NCBI GenBank assembly: GCA_951406725.2
Contig: OX597829.1
Location: 49,972,001 to 50,036,000 of the forward strand
Origin: Octopus vulgaris
Lineage: Eukaryota
DNA: 64,000 nucleotides
Reading direction: 5' to 3'
Shown: positions 47,842-61,165 of the stretch, piece after piece
How the letters are laid out: every line of letters starts with the position of its first letter
Position numbering within the stretch: the stretch's first letter is position 1
Translations under genes and position numbers: made by a program
The notes under the pieces: model-generated
Database searches by the model: none
What the model was told of the DNA's origin: nothing
The model's input: only the letters and a program-made list of their open reading frames with translations

Positions 47842-48559
47842 TTGTACTCTGTATATATTGTAAAGTTTTAATACTCGGGGGCGGGGGGGGGGGGGAGTTG
47901 ACTTGTAAATGTATAATACAGTTAGGTTTCTCAACCTGTTTTTCCTTATGGACTTCCTCCAATTCTTATTTTACTCAGGTGAACTCTCGTAGCAGAGGTC
48001 ATTGTTAAATACAATAAAGCAATAAAGTTTGTTATCACTTAGAGTGCCATATCATAATTCACAATAATCTTTGCCATTTTGTACCATAACCGCACATATA
48101 TCCCACACCTAAATTATACCTACAATAAAACCACCAAATACCAAAATATCCAGTTCGCTTCAAATACCCATAGTTGTAACATCTTGACTAAAGCTGCATG
48201 GATACATTGACCCTGGATGAACTTATAATGCATTTGAGCCAACAGGGTGCAACTGGATGCCTTATCTTAGGATATCTATGCAGTAGAAACACGTGTCAGA
48301 CAGAGATTTAAAGCAAATGTATTGTGTATAAAACTGTAATAAACAAGCTTTTGAAGATGTATGATTCTCCATTCTTATTTTTAATGTCTTTAATATACAC
48401 ACTGTATACTGTATAACATCCGAGGAAGCAAATTCAAGGATTACCGTTTGGGTGAATTACCACGTATTTGTTTACCTTAAACAATTTCCTGTTGTTTCAC
48501 ATCATTTGATGTGGTTAACCAGAACCTTGTGGTATCAAAAAGGAACTGGAGATTTAGCG

Positions 48560-49420
48560 TGCCAACAGATGCCAGCACATGATTACGTGCACTGTGAGAG
48601 CTAGCAGTGACCTTCATGAGGCACTGTGCCAAGTGACATCGCTATGTTTACTTTGCAAGTTGTGAAATTTGTGTTTTTGTGATCACATGTCTGCTGTAGT
48701 CTGTGATTTTTTCATGGACAGGAACAAAGAGCAAACATGAAATTTTGTGTTAAACTTGGGAAGTCTGCTACAGAGACATTGAGCATGCTGTGGCCAGCTT
48801 ACAGTGATAAGGCAATAGGTTGTATGCTGTGTTTCAAGAGGTATGGGCACTCCAAAAGTGGGAGAGTCCTTGGAAGACGGTGAGTGATCTGGAAGTCCTG
48901 TCATAAGCTTCACCCCTGGAAACGTGGTAATGTACATCACAAGTTCATTCCCCGGGATCAGACTATGAATTGAGAGTTCTACTGTGCCATTTTGAAGCAT
49001 TTGAGGGAGGACATTCAGTGGAAGTGACTGGATCAATGGAGTGTGAAGAACTGGATTCTTCATGAAGACAATGCTATTCTTACTCATGAGTTTCTTACCA
49101 GAAACAACATAGTATCCCTTCCACACCCACCCTATTTGCCATATTTAACACCTGTGGACTTCAGTCTCTTCCCCAAGATGAAAATGCAACTCAAAGGTTG
49201 TCGTTTTAACAATGTTGTTGAGATCCAGAGCGAATTGCCTCAACTTGCTAACTGAAGACAACTTCCAGGCTGGATTCCAAAAATGGTAGGAACCCTGGAA
49301 CCGGTGTATTGCTGCACAAGGTGACTATTTCAAAGGAGATGATGTTAGAACTTAGGTAAATAAGTTATTTTTTTAATCAAACATATTAACCAGTCTGGAA
49401 ATTTTTTGATGACGCCTCAA
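48560..49420 (+). pseudogene. Internally deleted mariner transposase remnant
   Basis: FCVKLGKSATETLSML; WILHEDNA..FLTRNNIVSLPHPPYLPYLTPVDFSLFPKMKMQLKGCRF; ..CIAAQGDYF. Confidence 0.85.
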
Positions 49421-49792
49421 AGACTGCTTATAAGGTACCTACATAGATTCCAAATCCTTATCCTTTTGTTACACACACACAAGATGTGTTTGTCCTACTA
49501 CTACTACTACTACTACTACTACTATTTAACAACTGGTGTTGGTTTATTTATGTCACTGTAACTTAGTGTACTGGAGTTGATCTGTTCATCTTAAACCCTT
49601 CAAGCATGGCCATGGTCCATTGACTGAAACGAGTAAAAGATAAAAGAAGGTAGTGTCCTTTAATCTATTTGAAAGAGAAGTTATGTTGTTTGCTTTCATA
49701 CTGATACAATCCCAGAAGATGGAAGGGACATAAGAAGCTCTTGTAACATTTTCCCTGTCTATTTAATAAATGGTTACTACATGTGTATATTT

Positions 49793-49993
49793 TAAAGTAA
49801 TTTCTTTTGTGCTGTAAACCATTTACCATTTCTCTGATGTCCAACCACCTTCCCTTGATACCGTAAGCACATGCTTATTTTACTTAATGGTTAATCCAGC
49901 ACTGAGTTGACGTGAGCTTAATTGGGATCAAACTTCTGAAGTTCTTCCAATTCCACCAACTGCTTGACTTACATACTTGGTATTGCAAACAAA
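49793..49993. repeat. Unclassified ~200-bp repeat, copy 1 (copy 2 at 52301-52508)
   Basis: Colinear blocks TTTCTTTTGTGCTGTAAAC, CATGCTTATTTT, GGTTAATCCA, TGAGCTTAATTGGGAT, ACATACTTGG in both. Confidence 0.85.
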
Positions 49994-50614
49994 TATCATA
50001 CATTCTTTATTCAACAGTTATTAAGTATGTTAAAATATTAACACTTCATCATTTAAACCGGCCATATCCGGTTGAAATATTTTTCTTGTTTTATACTCAA
50101 ATCAGCCAGATTTTGGTTCTCACACCGACGTCACAATGTCATGAAAATCTTGAAGCCACGAGATAATGCATACTTAATTTAAACCAGTATGAATGAATAA
50201 GTATTACATTTGAGAGAAAAACCTGAATGCTAAAGGGTTAAATCCATGGACTTTATTTTTTATTCTAACTAATGAAAATGGATGGAGATGGTAAGGAACT
50301 AACGAGTTTTGAGTTGCTAAGTATCTTGTAATTGTGCTAGAATAGAGGAAGTGGAGTAGAGAGAGGGAGAACTCTGAATATGTGATCAGATGTATTTGTG
50401 TCATGACTAGATGAATCCTCGTTGATTAGTCAAATGGGTGGCTTCTAGATTGAGTCTAGGATGTTTGTAAGCAACAAGTGCCATCCCAGATGCCATCGTG
50501 CTCCACATCAGGAAATGGTCATTAAACCTACTAGTTTTCAAGTTCACATTGATTATTAATTGGAGTAGTGATATGATGTGACTAATAAAAACAAAATCAC
50601 AAATGCAACTTATT

Positions 50615-50940
50615 CATCATCATCATCATCATTTAGCGTCCGCTTTCCATGCTAGCATGGGTTGGACGGGTCAACTGGGGTCTGTGAAGCTGGAAGGCTT
50701 CGTCAGGCCCAGTCAGATCTGGCAGTGTTTCTACGGCTGGATGCCCTTCCTAACGCCAACCACTCCGCGAGTGTAGTGGGTGTTTTTTATGTGCCACCTG
50801 CACAGGTGCCAGACAGAGCTGGCGAACAGCCACGAACGGATGGTGCTTTTACGTGTCACCGGCACGGGGCCAGGCGATGCTGGCAACGGACACGAACGGA
50901 TGGTGCTTTTACGTGCCACCGACATGGGGCCAGACAGAGT
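50615..50940 (-). mobile_element. Family B element
   Basis: (CAT)n tail and internal units. Confidence 0.85.
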
Positions 50941-51251
50941 AATTATTAAAATTACTATTTAACCAATTTAGATATTCATATCTCTCATTATATCATTTTG
51001 GGGCAGACTGCCTGGACCAAAACCACTGTTTCTCTTCAAGTGTTCCTGTCTTATATGACATTTTTGAGGTATTCTCTTTGTAACTCGACATCATGAAAGA
51101 GTTGACCAACGTATATCAATCTGAGTTTTTCTGATGACACGAGAGACCCCAAAACTCATGAGTCACATAAGAGGCTCACTCATTTATTCATCTTCATTTT
51201 GATAACAGTGACCAGCGCCTCTTGTCTGCTGCTCTTGAATGAATGTTGATA

Positions 51252-51650
51252 TTCTTTTACACGTTTCAGTCATTTGACTACGACCATGCTGGAGCACCAC
51301 CTCAAAGGGTTTTTTTTTGGCAAAGAAATCGACCCCCTGTACTTATTCTTTGTAAGCCTAGTACTTATTCTGTCAGTGTCTTTTGCCGAACTGCTAAGTC
51401 ACGGGTACTTAAACACACCAGCATCGGTTGTCAAGCAATGGTGGGGGGACAAACACAGATACACACACACACACACACACATATATGTATATACAACACT
51501 ATTCTTTCAGTTTCTGTCTACCAAATCCACTCGCAAGGCTTTGGTCAGCCTGAGGCTATAGTAGAAGACATTTACCCAAGGTGTCACACAATAGGACTGA
51601 ACCCAGAACCATGTAGTTGGAAAGCAAGCTTCTTACCACACAGCCACACC
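51252..51650 (-). mobile_element. SINE family A
   Basis: Family A similarity. Confidence 0.85.
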
Positions 51651-52629
51651 CGTAGGATATTAACATAAAGCTCTTCGTTTGTCAGATGTTGCTTCCATGA
51701 TTTGCACATCATACTGTGCACATAATACTCCAAACAGCTTATGAATTCTTGTTTACCTACAAAGTAGTGCACATTTGGGGATCTTTGAGGTTCAGTTAGG
51801 ATTATAAGATGTAGGTGCCAAAGGGAGTTGAGTGGTTTTAATTTATTTATTGATTTTGTTTCCTGTTTACCTCTTCAGTTTGGACTGGCCTTGTGTTGTG
51901 AGCAGCTGAGATGCTTTCATATCACTTCATCCACAATGAGCAAAATGCTTTGTACCAAATGCTATTCCCCTGCCATATATAAATTTGATGCACTGGCTAG
52001 ATTAAGACCTGAAGAGACTCTAAGCACTTAAAAAGATTTTTGTGCCCCCATACATATGTAATTCAAAATATAAGCAATAATAAACCGTGAAATAAAATTT
52101 TTATTCTTCAAAATAAAACAAAACTAACAGTAAGATGGAAAATGTTTATTTTTGTATACTTCCATTTTATTTATATTTGGAAAGTTTTCTACTTTCTTTT
52201 TAATCATGAAGCCTTTGATCTGATCCTTACTATGACATCATGAACACTTAGAAATTATATTTCCACTCATATAAACCACTTTGAATATTACTTTAGCAAG
52301 TTTAAAGTGATTTCTTTTGTGCTGTAAACTATTTACCATTTCAGTGGTTGCCTCCCACCACCTTCCTTGGTGTCCTAAGTACATGCTTATTTTGCTTAAC
52401 GGTTAATCCAACACTGAGTTGGCATGAGCTTAATTGGGATTATTCTCCAAAAGTTCTGATTCCACTCCACTAGCTTTTTCAGTCACATACTTGGCATTGC
52501 AGACAAACAGTACCAAGTTAAAAAAAAAAAAAACCCACAAGAGAAGAATGTTGATCCAGTCCAAGTTTCTCTTGGAAATGAGAACCTTTTTGTACGGTGC
52601 CTCCTTGGTCACTGCATGTCTTTTCTATT

Positions 52630-53048
52630 TTTCATTTTATCTTTTACTTGCTTCAATCATTGGGCTGCAACCATAAAGGTGCATCCACTTGAAGGGTTTT
52701 AGTTGAATGAATTGACCCCAGTGCTTTTTCTTTTACTTTTGAAGCCTGATACTTATTCTATTAGTCTCTTTTGTTGTCTCTCTATGTTATGGGGATGTAA
52801 ACAAACTAACACCCGCTGTCAGGTAGTGGTGACGGAGAAACACAAAGGTACACACACTCACACATGTGTGCATACACACTCATGCATTGGCTTCTTTCAG
52901 TTTCTGTCTATCATATCTACTCACAAGGCTTTGATTGGTCCGAGGTTGTTGTAGAAGACAATTGTCCAAGGTACCCTGTAGTGGAACTGAATCCAGAACC
53001 ATGTGGTTGGGAAGCAAGCTTCTTACCACACAGTCACATCTGTGCCTA
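52630..53048 (-). mobile_element. SINE family A, diverged
   Basis: Family A similarity. Confidence 0.75.
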
Positions 53049-53530
53049 TGTAGCAATTATCATATTGTTTTTATGTATTTCATTGAGTAACATGACCTCC
53101 TATTAGCTTCGTTACCATGGCAACAGTCCGGATACTTATTGATCAGACCACGTAGCAAATCACAGCATACATAGATCAGAATTGAGCCCCTGGCCAAAAG
53201 ATTCTGAACCAGCCTTAAGTTAGTAGTGTATGGGAGAGGGACAAAGTTAACCCTGTAATGCTGTGTTCCCCCCGCCTCGCTGTAGCAGTATAAGTTAAAC
53301 GTAATGAACAACACATTTAGAAAAAGAAGATTAAATACTAAAATTAGGCAACTGATCACATTACAGCTTCATAGTCAAGTGTGTTTATAACTCATAGTTA
53401 ATGGTGCCCCGCCCCCCACCAGCTGTTGTTTACTTTTGTTTTTAACTAAAAAAAAACAAAAACGATTTTATGATGAAACTAACATAAGATGATCCCAGTG
53501 TGTTGTCTTGTAAATGTGCAAGGCCTAGAC

Positions 53531-53846
53531 CAGGGCTGGCCAACCCGAGGCCCCTGGGTTGCATGCGACCTACAGACTTTTATCTTGTGGCCAGCTTGAT
53601 ACTTTCTGTTTGATTTCAAAATAAAATTGTTTGTGTAAAACATTTGTTTCAAAATGAATTTAAAATTTATAAGTGGCAATAAAGCAAAGGCCTGCACTTT
53701 TATAATTTCAAGTGAATGAAGAGTATGAAAAATTCTTGATTCTATAATTTAATTGGCTGTTAGTGCATTAAGTATACAAGTGGCCCTCAAAAATACTTTC
53801 TGTGATTTAAAGTGGCCCACAGCGTAAATTGAGTTGGCAAGGCCTG
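53531..53846. mobile_element. hAT (Charlie-like) MITE
   Basis: CAGGGCTGGCCAAC..GTTGGCAAGGCCTG ends; 8-bp TSD GCCTAGAC / GTCTAGAC. Confidence 0.85.
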
Positions 53847-54230
53847 GTCTAGACCCTTTACTGGTCATAAAATCATTGATGATGTTTACTCTTCAAATGG
53901 AGAGTTTGCACTTGCACCAGAAATAATTTGGACAATCAAACTGGTGAAAGTGATGAGGAAAGTAGTGATTCAGGGTGAACAAATATGGTAGTCGAGAGGA
54001 GATTATTGTTATTCTCCTGAATTTTTTTCTGATTCTGCCCATCAGCTTGCTTACTCTTGAGCTGTATATGCAAATATTTATTTATTTATTTGCTTGGGAA
54101 ACAAGGTGGAGGGTAAAACTAGATACAGGGGCCCAGATCTGAGAGGGTGAAGTTTTCAAATATTTGTCAATTTTCAATTTTTGTTTCCCCCTCAGACACG
54201 AGTAAACTGGACCTTTGATCTTCCACTTAA

Positions 54231-55189
54231 TTAACCCTTTTGTTACCGTATTTATTTTGAGATGCTCTGTGTTTCTTGCAATTAATTTTAAATATAACAA
54301 AGAATTTAGTAAAATAACTTGATTATCATTAAGCTAGTGTTAGGAACATAAATTGTGACTAAGGTTTGTTGGAAGATTTTAATTCAGAACTTATGAAAAC
54401 AAGACATTTGTACTACAGAGCCAGAGATGGTTTCAGCTGGGCTGGTAACAAAAGGGTTAAAAGTTGTTTTTCTATTATATATTTTGACCCTTTTGTTACC
54501 ATATTTCTGTTGAGATGTTCTGTATTTCTTTCAATTAATTTTAAATATAACAAAGAATTTAGTAAAATAACTTAGTCATCATTAAGCTAGTGTTAGGAAC
54601 ATAAATTGTGACTAAGGTTTGGTGGAAGATTTTAATTGAAAACTTATGAAAACAAGACATCTGTACTGAGAGCCAGAGCCAGTTTCAGCTAGGTTGGTAT
54701 CAAAAAGGTTAAAAAATTGTTTCTCTTTTATATATTTTAACCCCTTTGTAACCATATTTCTGTTGAGATGTTCTTTCAATTAATTTTAAAGATAACAAAG
54801 AAATTAGTAAAATAACTTAATTGTCATTTAGGAACATATTTGTGACTAAGGTTTGGTGGAAGATTTTAATTCAGAATTTATGAAAACAACACATTTACAG
54901 TACAGAGCCAGAGGTAGTTTCAAACGAGTTGGTATCAAAAGGGTTAAATTAATCATTTATTAACCCTTTTGTTACCGTATTTCTGTTGAGATGCTCTGTG
55001 TTTCTTTCAATTAATTTTAAATATAACAAGCAATTTAGTAAAATAATTTAGTTATCATTCAGCTAGTTTTAGGAACATAAATTGTGACTAAGGTTTGGTG
55101 GAAGATTTTAATTAAAAACTTACGAAAACAAGACATTTGTACTACAGAGCGAGAAGTGGTTTCAGCCGGGTTGGTAATGAAAGGGTTAA
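54231..55189. mobile_element. MITE F tandem array of four copies
   Basis: Units start at 54231, 54484, 54737 and 54960, each TTAACCC..GG(G)TTAA-like. Confidence 0.9.
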
Positions 55190-56007
55190 AATGTTTCATA
55201 AGAAATGCTTTTGATTCCTTATAGAATCCATAAGTCCTGTTTTTGACTGTGTGGTAAGAGACTTTTTGGAATGATTTAAGTGAGGACTTTCAGAAAGATG
55301 TCATTGACCTTCTATCTTCTGAAAATGTTGCAGAAATAATTTCATCAGTAGTGTCTGTTTCAGTAGTAACAGACAGACCAGCATGAGTAACAGCTGCCTG
55401 TTTAATATCATATTTGGTCCTTTAGCATTTAAGCAAGCCACATCTGGCCCAAATATTCTGCCTGTTTTATGTTCAAACTGGCCAGATACAAGCTCTCTCA
55501 CCAACCCTACAATGTCTTTCTAAGCACAACCAATTACATCATTGAAATCTTCAAATTATGGGGTAATGCGTAATTAATTCAAAGAAGTGTGAATAAATAA
55601 GTATTACGTTTGACGGGGTAATTTGAATGCTAAACACTTAATAGAATTGCCATATTTTACAGCCTACTCCGATTGAGGGGAAATGCACACTTAGAAACTC
55701 AATTTTCAAAGAATTGAATCTATTTGGTATGTGGTTTAGAAAGAGCCTAAGTGTCTGTTATAATTCTATCTTGTTTCTTTCTTTTTCTCTTTTACTCGTT
55801 TCAGTCATTTGACTGTGGCCATGCTGGGGCACCACCTTAAAGGATTTTAGTTGAACAATTCAACACCAGAACTTGGTTTTTTATAGTTTAATACTTATTA
55901 TGTTGGTCTCTTTTGCCAAACTGCTAAGTTACAGGGATGTAAACAAACTATTACCGATTATCAAGTGGTGATGGGAGGACAAAGACACACGCATAGATAT
56001 ATACATA

Positions 56008-56290
56008 CATCATCATCATCATCATTATCATTTAACATGTGTTGTCCATGAGTTGGACGGTTTGACCAGGGTTGGTAAGCTGGAAGGCTGCACCAGACTC
56101 CAGTCTGGGTTGGCGTGGTTTTTTATGGCTGGATGCCCTTCCTAATGCCAACCACTCTGAGAGTGTAATGGCTGCTTTTGTGTGACACCAGTATCTGCCA
56201 CGACTGTGATTTTGCTCAGCTTGATGGGTCTTCATCTCAAGCACGACATAATGCCAAAGGTCTCGGTCATTGCCTCCATGAGGCCCAACA
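56008..56290 (-). mobile_element. Family B-related element
   Basis: (CAT)n tail, GGATGCCCTTCCTAATGCCAACC. Confidence 0.75.
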
Positions 56291-56733
56291 CTCAAAAGGA
56301 ACTCGTGTGTGTGGGTGTGTGTGTGTATGCATATATGGGTTCAGGACATCACCAACTGTGTAAACAACATGAAATACAAAAACAAAATGAGTTAAATATG
56401 CAAACAGCAAGAGAGAAAATGGAAAACAGGACAAGTAAACACAGAGAAAGGACTCTTCATCAGTTGTCGGCTGTCTATCTACTCCTCATTTTGAGCATTC
56501 AACGACAATATGAGTTTTCAAGGACAGTTGCTCCCATAAATTCTAAGATAATATTTAGGATTTATGGAGGGTCAAAGTTGGGAACAAAAACAGGACAGTG
56601 GAGACATACAAGGAAACCGAAATGAAAACAAACATAGAGGGTTGTGAAACCCAAACATAAGTGAATTACTGCTATAATTGATTGTAATATGAATGACCAT
56701 TTTATAAACCATGATTCAACTGTAATACTTATA

Positions 56734-56961
56734 AGTGAGCTGGCAGAAACGTTAGCACGCTGAGCAAAATGCGTAGCCATATTTCATCTGCCGCTACGTT
56801 CTGAGTTCAAATTCCGCCGGGGTCGACTTTGCTTTTCATCCTTTCGGGATCGATAAATTAAGTACCAGTTATGCACTGGGGTCGATGTGATCGACTTAAT
56901 CCGTTTGTCTGTCCTTGTTTGTCCCCTCTGTGTTTAGCCCCTTGTGGGTAGTAAAGAAATA
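56734..56961 (+). mobile_element. SINE family C with TSD
   Basis: 13-bp TSD TGTAATACTTATA at 56721-56733 and 56962-56974. Confidence 0.9.
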
Positions 56962-57249
56962 TGTAATACTTATAGAGGTGATTATAAGACCAGAATTCAA
57001 TTTGATTTGAAAATATAACCTTCGACTGAATACCAATGCGGGAAGCTTGTTTGAATTAGTTCACTTTACAAATATCGTAAGTGATGGACCTTTGATGAAA
57101 TTGAAGCAACTAGGATGCATCACTGCATACAGAGCAGTGTGCAGTTGCTGCAGTAGAAACATATGTTGCTCATTGTTATATATACTGTACGAAATGTTTT
57201 TATTAAAAAGTTTTGGATGAGAATAAATTGCCAATCTCCACTTCATTAT

Positions 57250-57843
57250 TACTCTTTACTCTTTTACTTGTTTCAGTCATTTGACTGCGGCCATGCTGGA
57301 GTACCACCTTTAGTGGAGCAAATCGACCCCGAGACTTATTCTTTGTAAGCCCAGTACTTAGTCTATCGGTCTCTTTAGCTGAACCGCTAAGTGACGGGGA
57401 CGTAAACACACCAGCATCGGTTGTCAAGCAATGCTAGGGGGACAATCACAGACACACAAACATATACACACACACTTATATATATATACATATATACGAC
57501 AGGCTTCTTTCAGTTTCCATCTACCAAATCCACTCACAAGGCATTGGTCGGCCCGGGGCTATAGCAGAAGACACTTGCCCAAGATGCCACACAGTGAGAC
57601 TGAACCCGGAACCATGTGGTTGGTTAGCAAGCTACTTACTACACAGCCACTCCTGCGCCTATATATATATATATATACACACACGATGGGCTTCTTTCAG
57701 TTTCCAGCTAAATTCACTCACAAGGATTTTGTTAGCTCAAGGCTATTGTAGAAAACATTTGCCCAAGGTGTCATGCAGTAGGGCTGAACCCAGAGCGATA
57801 TGGTTGGGAAGCAGGCTCCTTACCATGCAGCCATGCATGCGCT
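57250..57843 (-). mobile_element. SINE family A plus an extra diverged head copy
   Basis: Family A similarity. Confidence 0.85.
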
Positions 57844-58369
57844 TAGATAGATACAGCTCTACAAGAGGTCAAAGGTATCCTGGAGCAGGTTTATGATGCT
57901 CCATATAGAGTCTGTAGATACTAAGGCATTAGCATGGCTGTGTTGATAAGCTTGCTTTGCAACTACATGGTCTCAGGTTCAGTCCCAAGGCAAGTATCTT
58001 CTATTATAACCTTGGGCCAACTAATGTCTTGTGAGTGAATTTGGTTGACAGAAACTGAGTAGAAGCCTGTCGTGTGGTGGGGTTTGTATAAATTTACTAA
58101 AACCATTAAATGGTTCACTACTTTTTGAACATACACGCTGGTAATCATGGGCCAGGCCATATTTTACTCAGTTGAACAAAGTGTCATCCAAGCTGATGTT
58201 TATTGGTAATTAAACTTAATTTGCAACACCTGTGCATATTTATCAGCTTTGTTTTTGTTGATAATTCTTATCGAAAACTTTTCCCCGTAATCATGGTTTG
58301 AGAAGACATGCCAGTAGTAAGCTAAAGATCGGGCATAATCTCTTGTGAGGAAGAAGTGTGAAATAAAGT

Positions 58370-58600
58370 TTATTATAAACAAGATTATCAACAACCTTGG
58401 GCACCTTTTTGAATTCCATATGACAAACACTTGCAGACATGCTTATAAAATCAAAAAACAACACAGCACTCATGACTCTTGGAAACATTTTTCATGCTCA
58501 GAATTGCTAAAGTATGGAATAAACTACCTGCATCAGTTGTTAGCTGTCGAGACACTACATCCTTCAAAATTTCTTGATATCTGCCCTACAGTAAATCTGA
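58370..58600 (+). mobile_element. CR1-type LINE C-terminal remnant
   Basis: HAYKIKKQHSTHDSWKHF / LRIAKVWNKLPASVVSCRDTTSFK. Confidence 0.7.
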
Positions 58601-58668
58601 TGGCCTTTTTTTTTTTTTTTAATTTGTAGTGCATCTGAACACAGTATACAACAATTTCCTTCATTATA

Positions 58669-59067
58669 TCTTTATATATAAAAGTGAGGTTGTGTGCTGT
58701 CTGTCTCCTACGATTTAGATTCCTAACTACTCCCACATTTTGCGATGCAGTTTAACCAAAACCGGGTATCTTATAGTCATGATTCATATCGAGCCCTTCT
58801 GGGTATTAGCGCTTGTCTACGATGTGTCTACGATTTAAAAACAAATTTACCATCAATTTTTCCCATTTTTAATGCATTTTTGGCATATATAAGGGAAGTA
58901 ACTCTCTAAAAATTTATTATTAAATCTCAGAACGCAAAAAGCTACAGTAAGCCCCCCCCCCCTTTGTGGTTAGCCATATTGAGATGGCTATTATACTTTA
59001 CATCTCTAAAAATGGTTATATAGTTATTTCCCTTACAAACCCGAGCAACGCCGGGCGATACTGCTGG
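58669..59067 (+). mobile_element. Non-autonomous Helitron (same family as 38073)
   Basis: A|TC start, shared body, CCCGAGCAACGCCGGG hairpin, CTGG|T end. Confidence 0.85.
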
Positions 59068-59884
59068 TATATATATATAAATGCTCACGGTTTGTTAAAT
59101 AATACTTTGGCTATTTCCGGTTATGCAGAGACCAGAGACACGCAAACACAGCCTGATACAGGTACATGCGTGCATGTATGCATACACATACACAGTCTTG
59201 TTACAGTTACATGCACATACAAACGCACACAATCTCATACGGTTATGCGTATACACACACGGATACACTTAAACACACAATCTCATACAGTTACATGCAC
59301 GCAAACACACACACACACGCAATCAGCGTCATATTTTTCATTTATTTATTTTTGTTATTGGAACGCTAACATCGAGGGAGGAGGAGGGTATATACTGAGT
59401 GGCTAAAGCAGACTGACATTGTCAGTCTCATAAGGGAGGAGAAGGAGGGTGTATTGAGCAAGTAAAACAGACTGACACAAGTCAGTCCTGCAAAAACGAT
59501 TTTATTTATATAGACAGCACAAACACTTCGCAATTTAAAAGCTTTTAATGTGATACCTGTTAAACAGAAATTACTTTTATTTAATGAAAATTTAATAAAA
59601 TCTTATTATAAGTAAGTGAAATTATGCTGAATGACAGCTAAATTGAAAACCTTTTCTCTCTGGCCAGACTGGCAATTCTGAAAACTTTTGGGTGCAAATT
59701 TTTTCATGATTAGATTTTTTTAACAATTTTTATCCTGAAAATCACCTGTGTAATTTACACAGGTGTGCAATTTACATGGGTTTTTACGGTAAATTGATTC
59801 AGTCTCATCATAGATGATTCAAAAGCTTTCAACATGTATTGCAGTATTTTAATAATGAAAAATATTTAGAGCAGCTCTGTATTG

Positions 59885-60125
59885 AGAGGTCTCGGCGCTT
59901 GGACTACAGACTTGATTAGAATGTCTTAAGAAAGAATCATGAGACGGATTCTTCAAGCCGAGATAACTAACAAGAGACTTAGATATAGACCAAGAACAAG
60001 ATGACTGGTCTCAGTTGATCACACTTGGGAATCCAAGCAGAAAGTCAAATGACGATTGCTTCAGATTGGACCCTGTGGAGGAGGAGGTGCCTGAGGACAC
60101 TACCTCTACAACACTCCAAAGAATT
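59885..60125 (+). mobile_element. RTE-type LINE 3' remnant
   Basis: ERIMRRILQAEITNKRLRYRPRTR resembles RTE xxKRxRGRPRTRW. Confidence 0.5.
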
Positions 60126-60744
60126 GTAGGCAGAGAAGATGGATGGGTGGGTGGGTGAATGGATGGATGGATTGATTAATGTTGTTATATTTATGGTTGT
60201 GGGGTGAAGGAACTTCACTTCCCAACCATATGCTTTCAGGTTCAGTTCCTCTGTGTGATACCTTTGGCAAGTGTCTTTCTACTTTAGAACAAAGCCTTTG
60301 TAAATGGAGTTGGCAGAGGAAAAACTGAAAGACGTTTGGTGTGTGTGTGTGTGTGTGTGACCTTGTCTTGATATTGCATGATAGTTGTAAGCAAGCATTG
60401 TCATACAAGTGATGCCATTCATTTCCATGCATAAACATATCCAGCCAAGAGGAAATATTACCTTACCGAGAAACAAGTGTGTGTGCATGTGTTGGAGACA
60501 GGAAGAGCATCCAGCTTTCTGACCCATGCAAGCATGGAAAAGTAGGTGTTGGTACACACACATGCACACACACAACATGGACACAATATGTATGCAGGAT
60601 GCATACAACACACATGCAGCATGCACATAGTACATGCATGTAACATGCACATAACATACACACATGCAACATGCACACACCAGTCACACATAGCATGCAT
60701 ACAGCATACATGCATGCACACACACAAAACAAACATACACAACG

Positions 60745-61165
60745 TAGGCGCAGGAGTGGCTGTGTGGTAAGTAGCTTGCTAACCAACCACATGGTTACGG
60801 GTTCAGTCCCACTGCGTGGCATCTTGGGCAAGTGTCTTCTGCTATATCCCCGGGCCGACCAATGCCTTGTGAGTGGATTTGGTAGACAGAAACTGAAAGA
60901 AGCCTGTCGTATATATGTGTGTATATATATGTATATATGTATGTGTGTGTTTGTGTATCTGTGTTTGTTCCCCTAGCATTGCTTGACAACCGATGCTGGT
61001 GTGTTTACGTCCCCGTCACTTAGCAGTTCAGCAATAGAGACCGATAGAATAAGTACTGGGCTTACAAAGAATAAGTCCCGGGGTCGATTTGCTCGACTAA
61101 AAGGCGGTGCTCCAGCATGGCCACAGTCAAATGACTGAAACAAGTAAAAGAGTAAAGAGAGTAAG
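60745..61165 (+). mobile_element. SINE family A
   Basis: Full-length copy. Confidence 0.9.

Noticed and set aside
56338-56660. Minus-strand CTGATGA as a hammerhead ribozyme core in a possible PLE terminal fragment
   Set aside because: No GAAA and stem arrangement in the required order could be built; element identity unresolved
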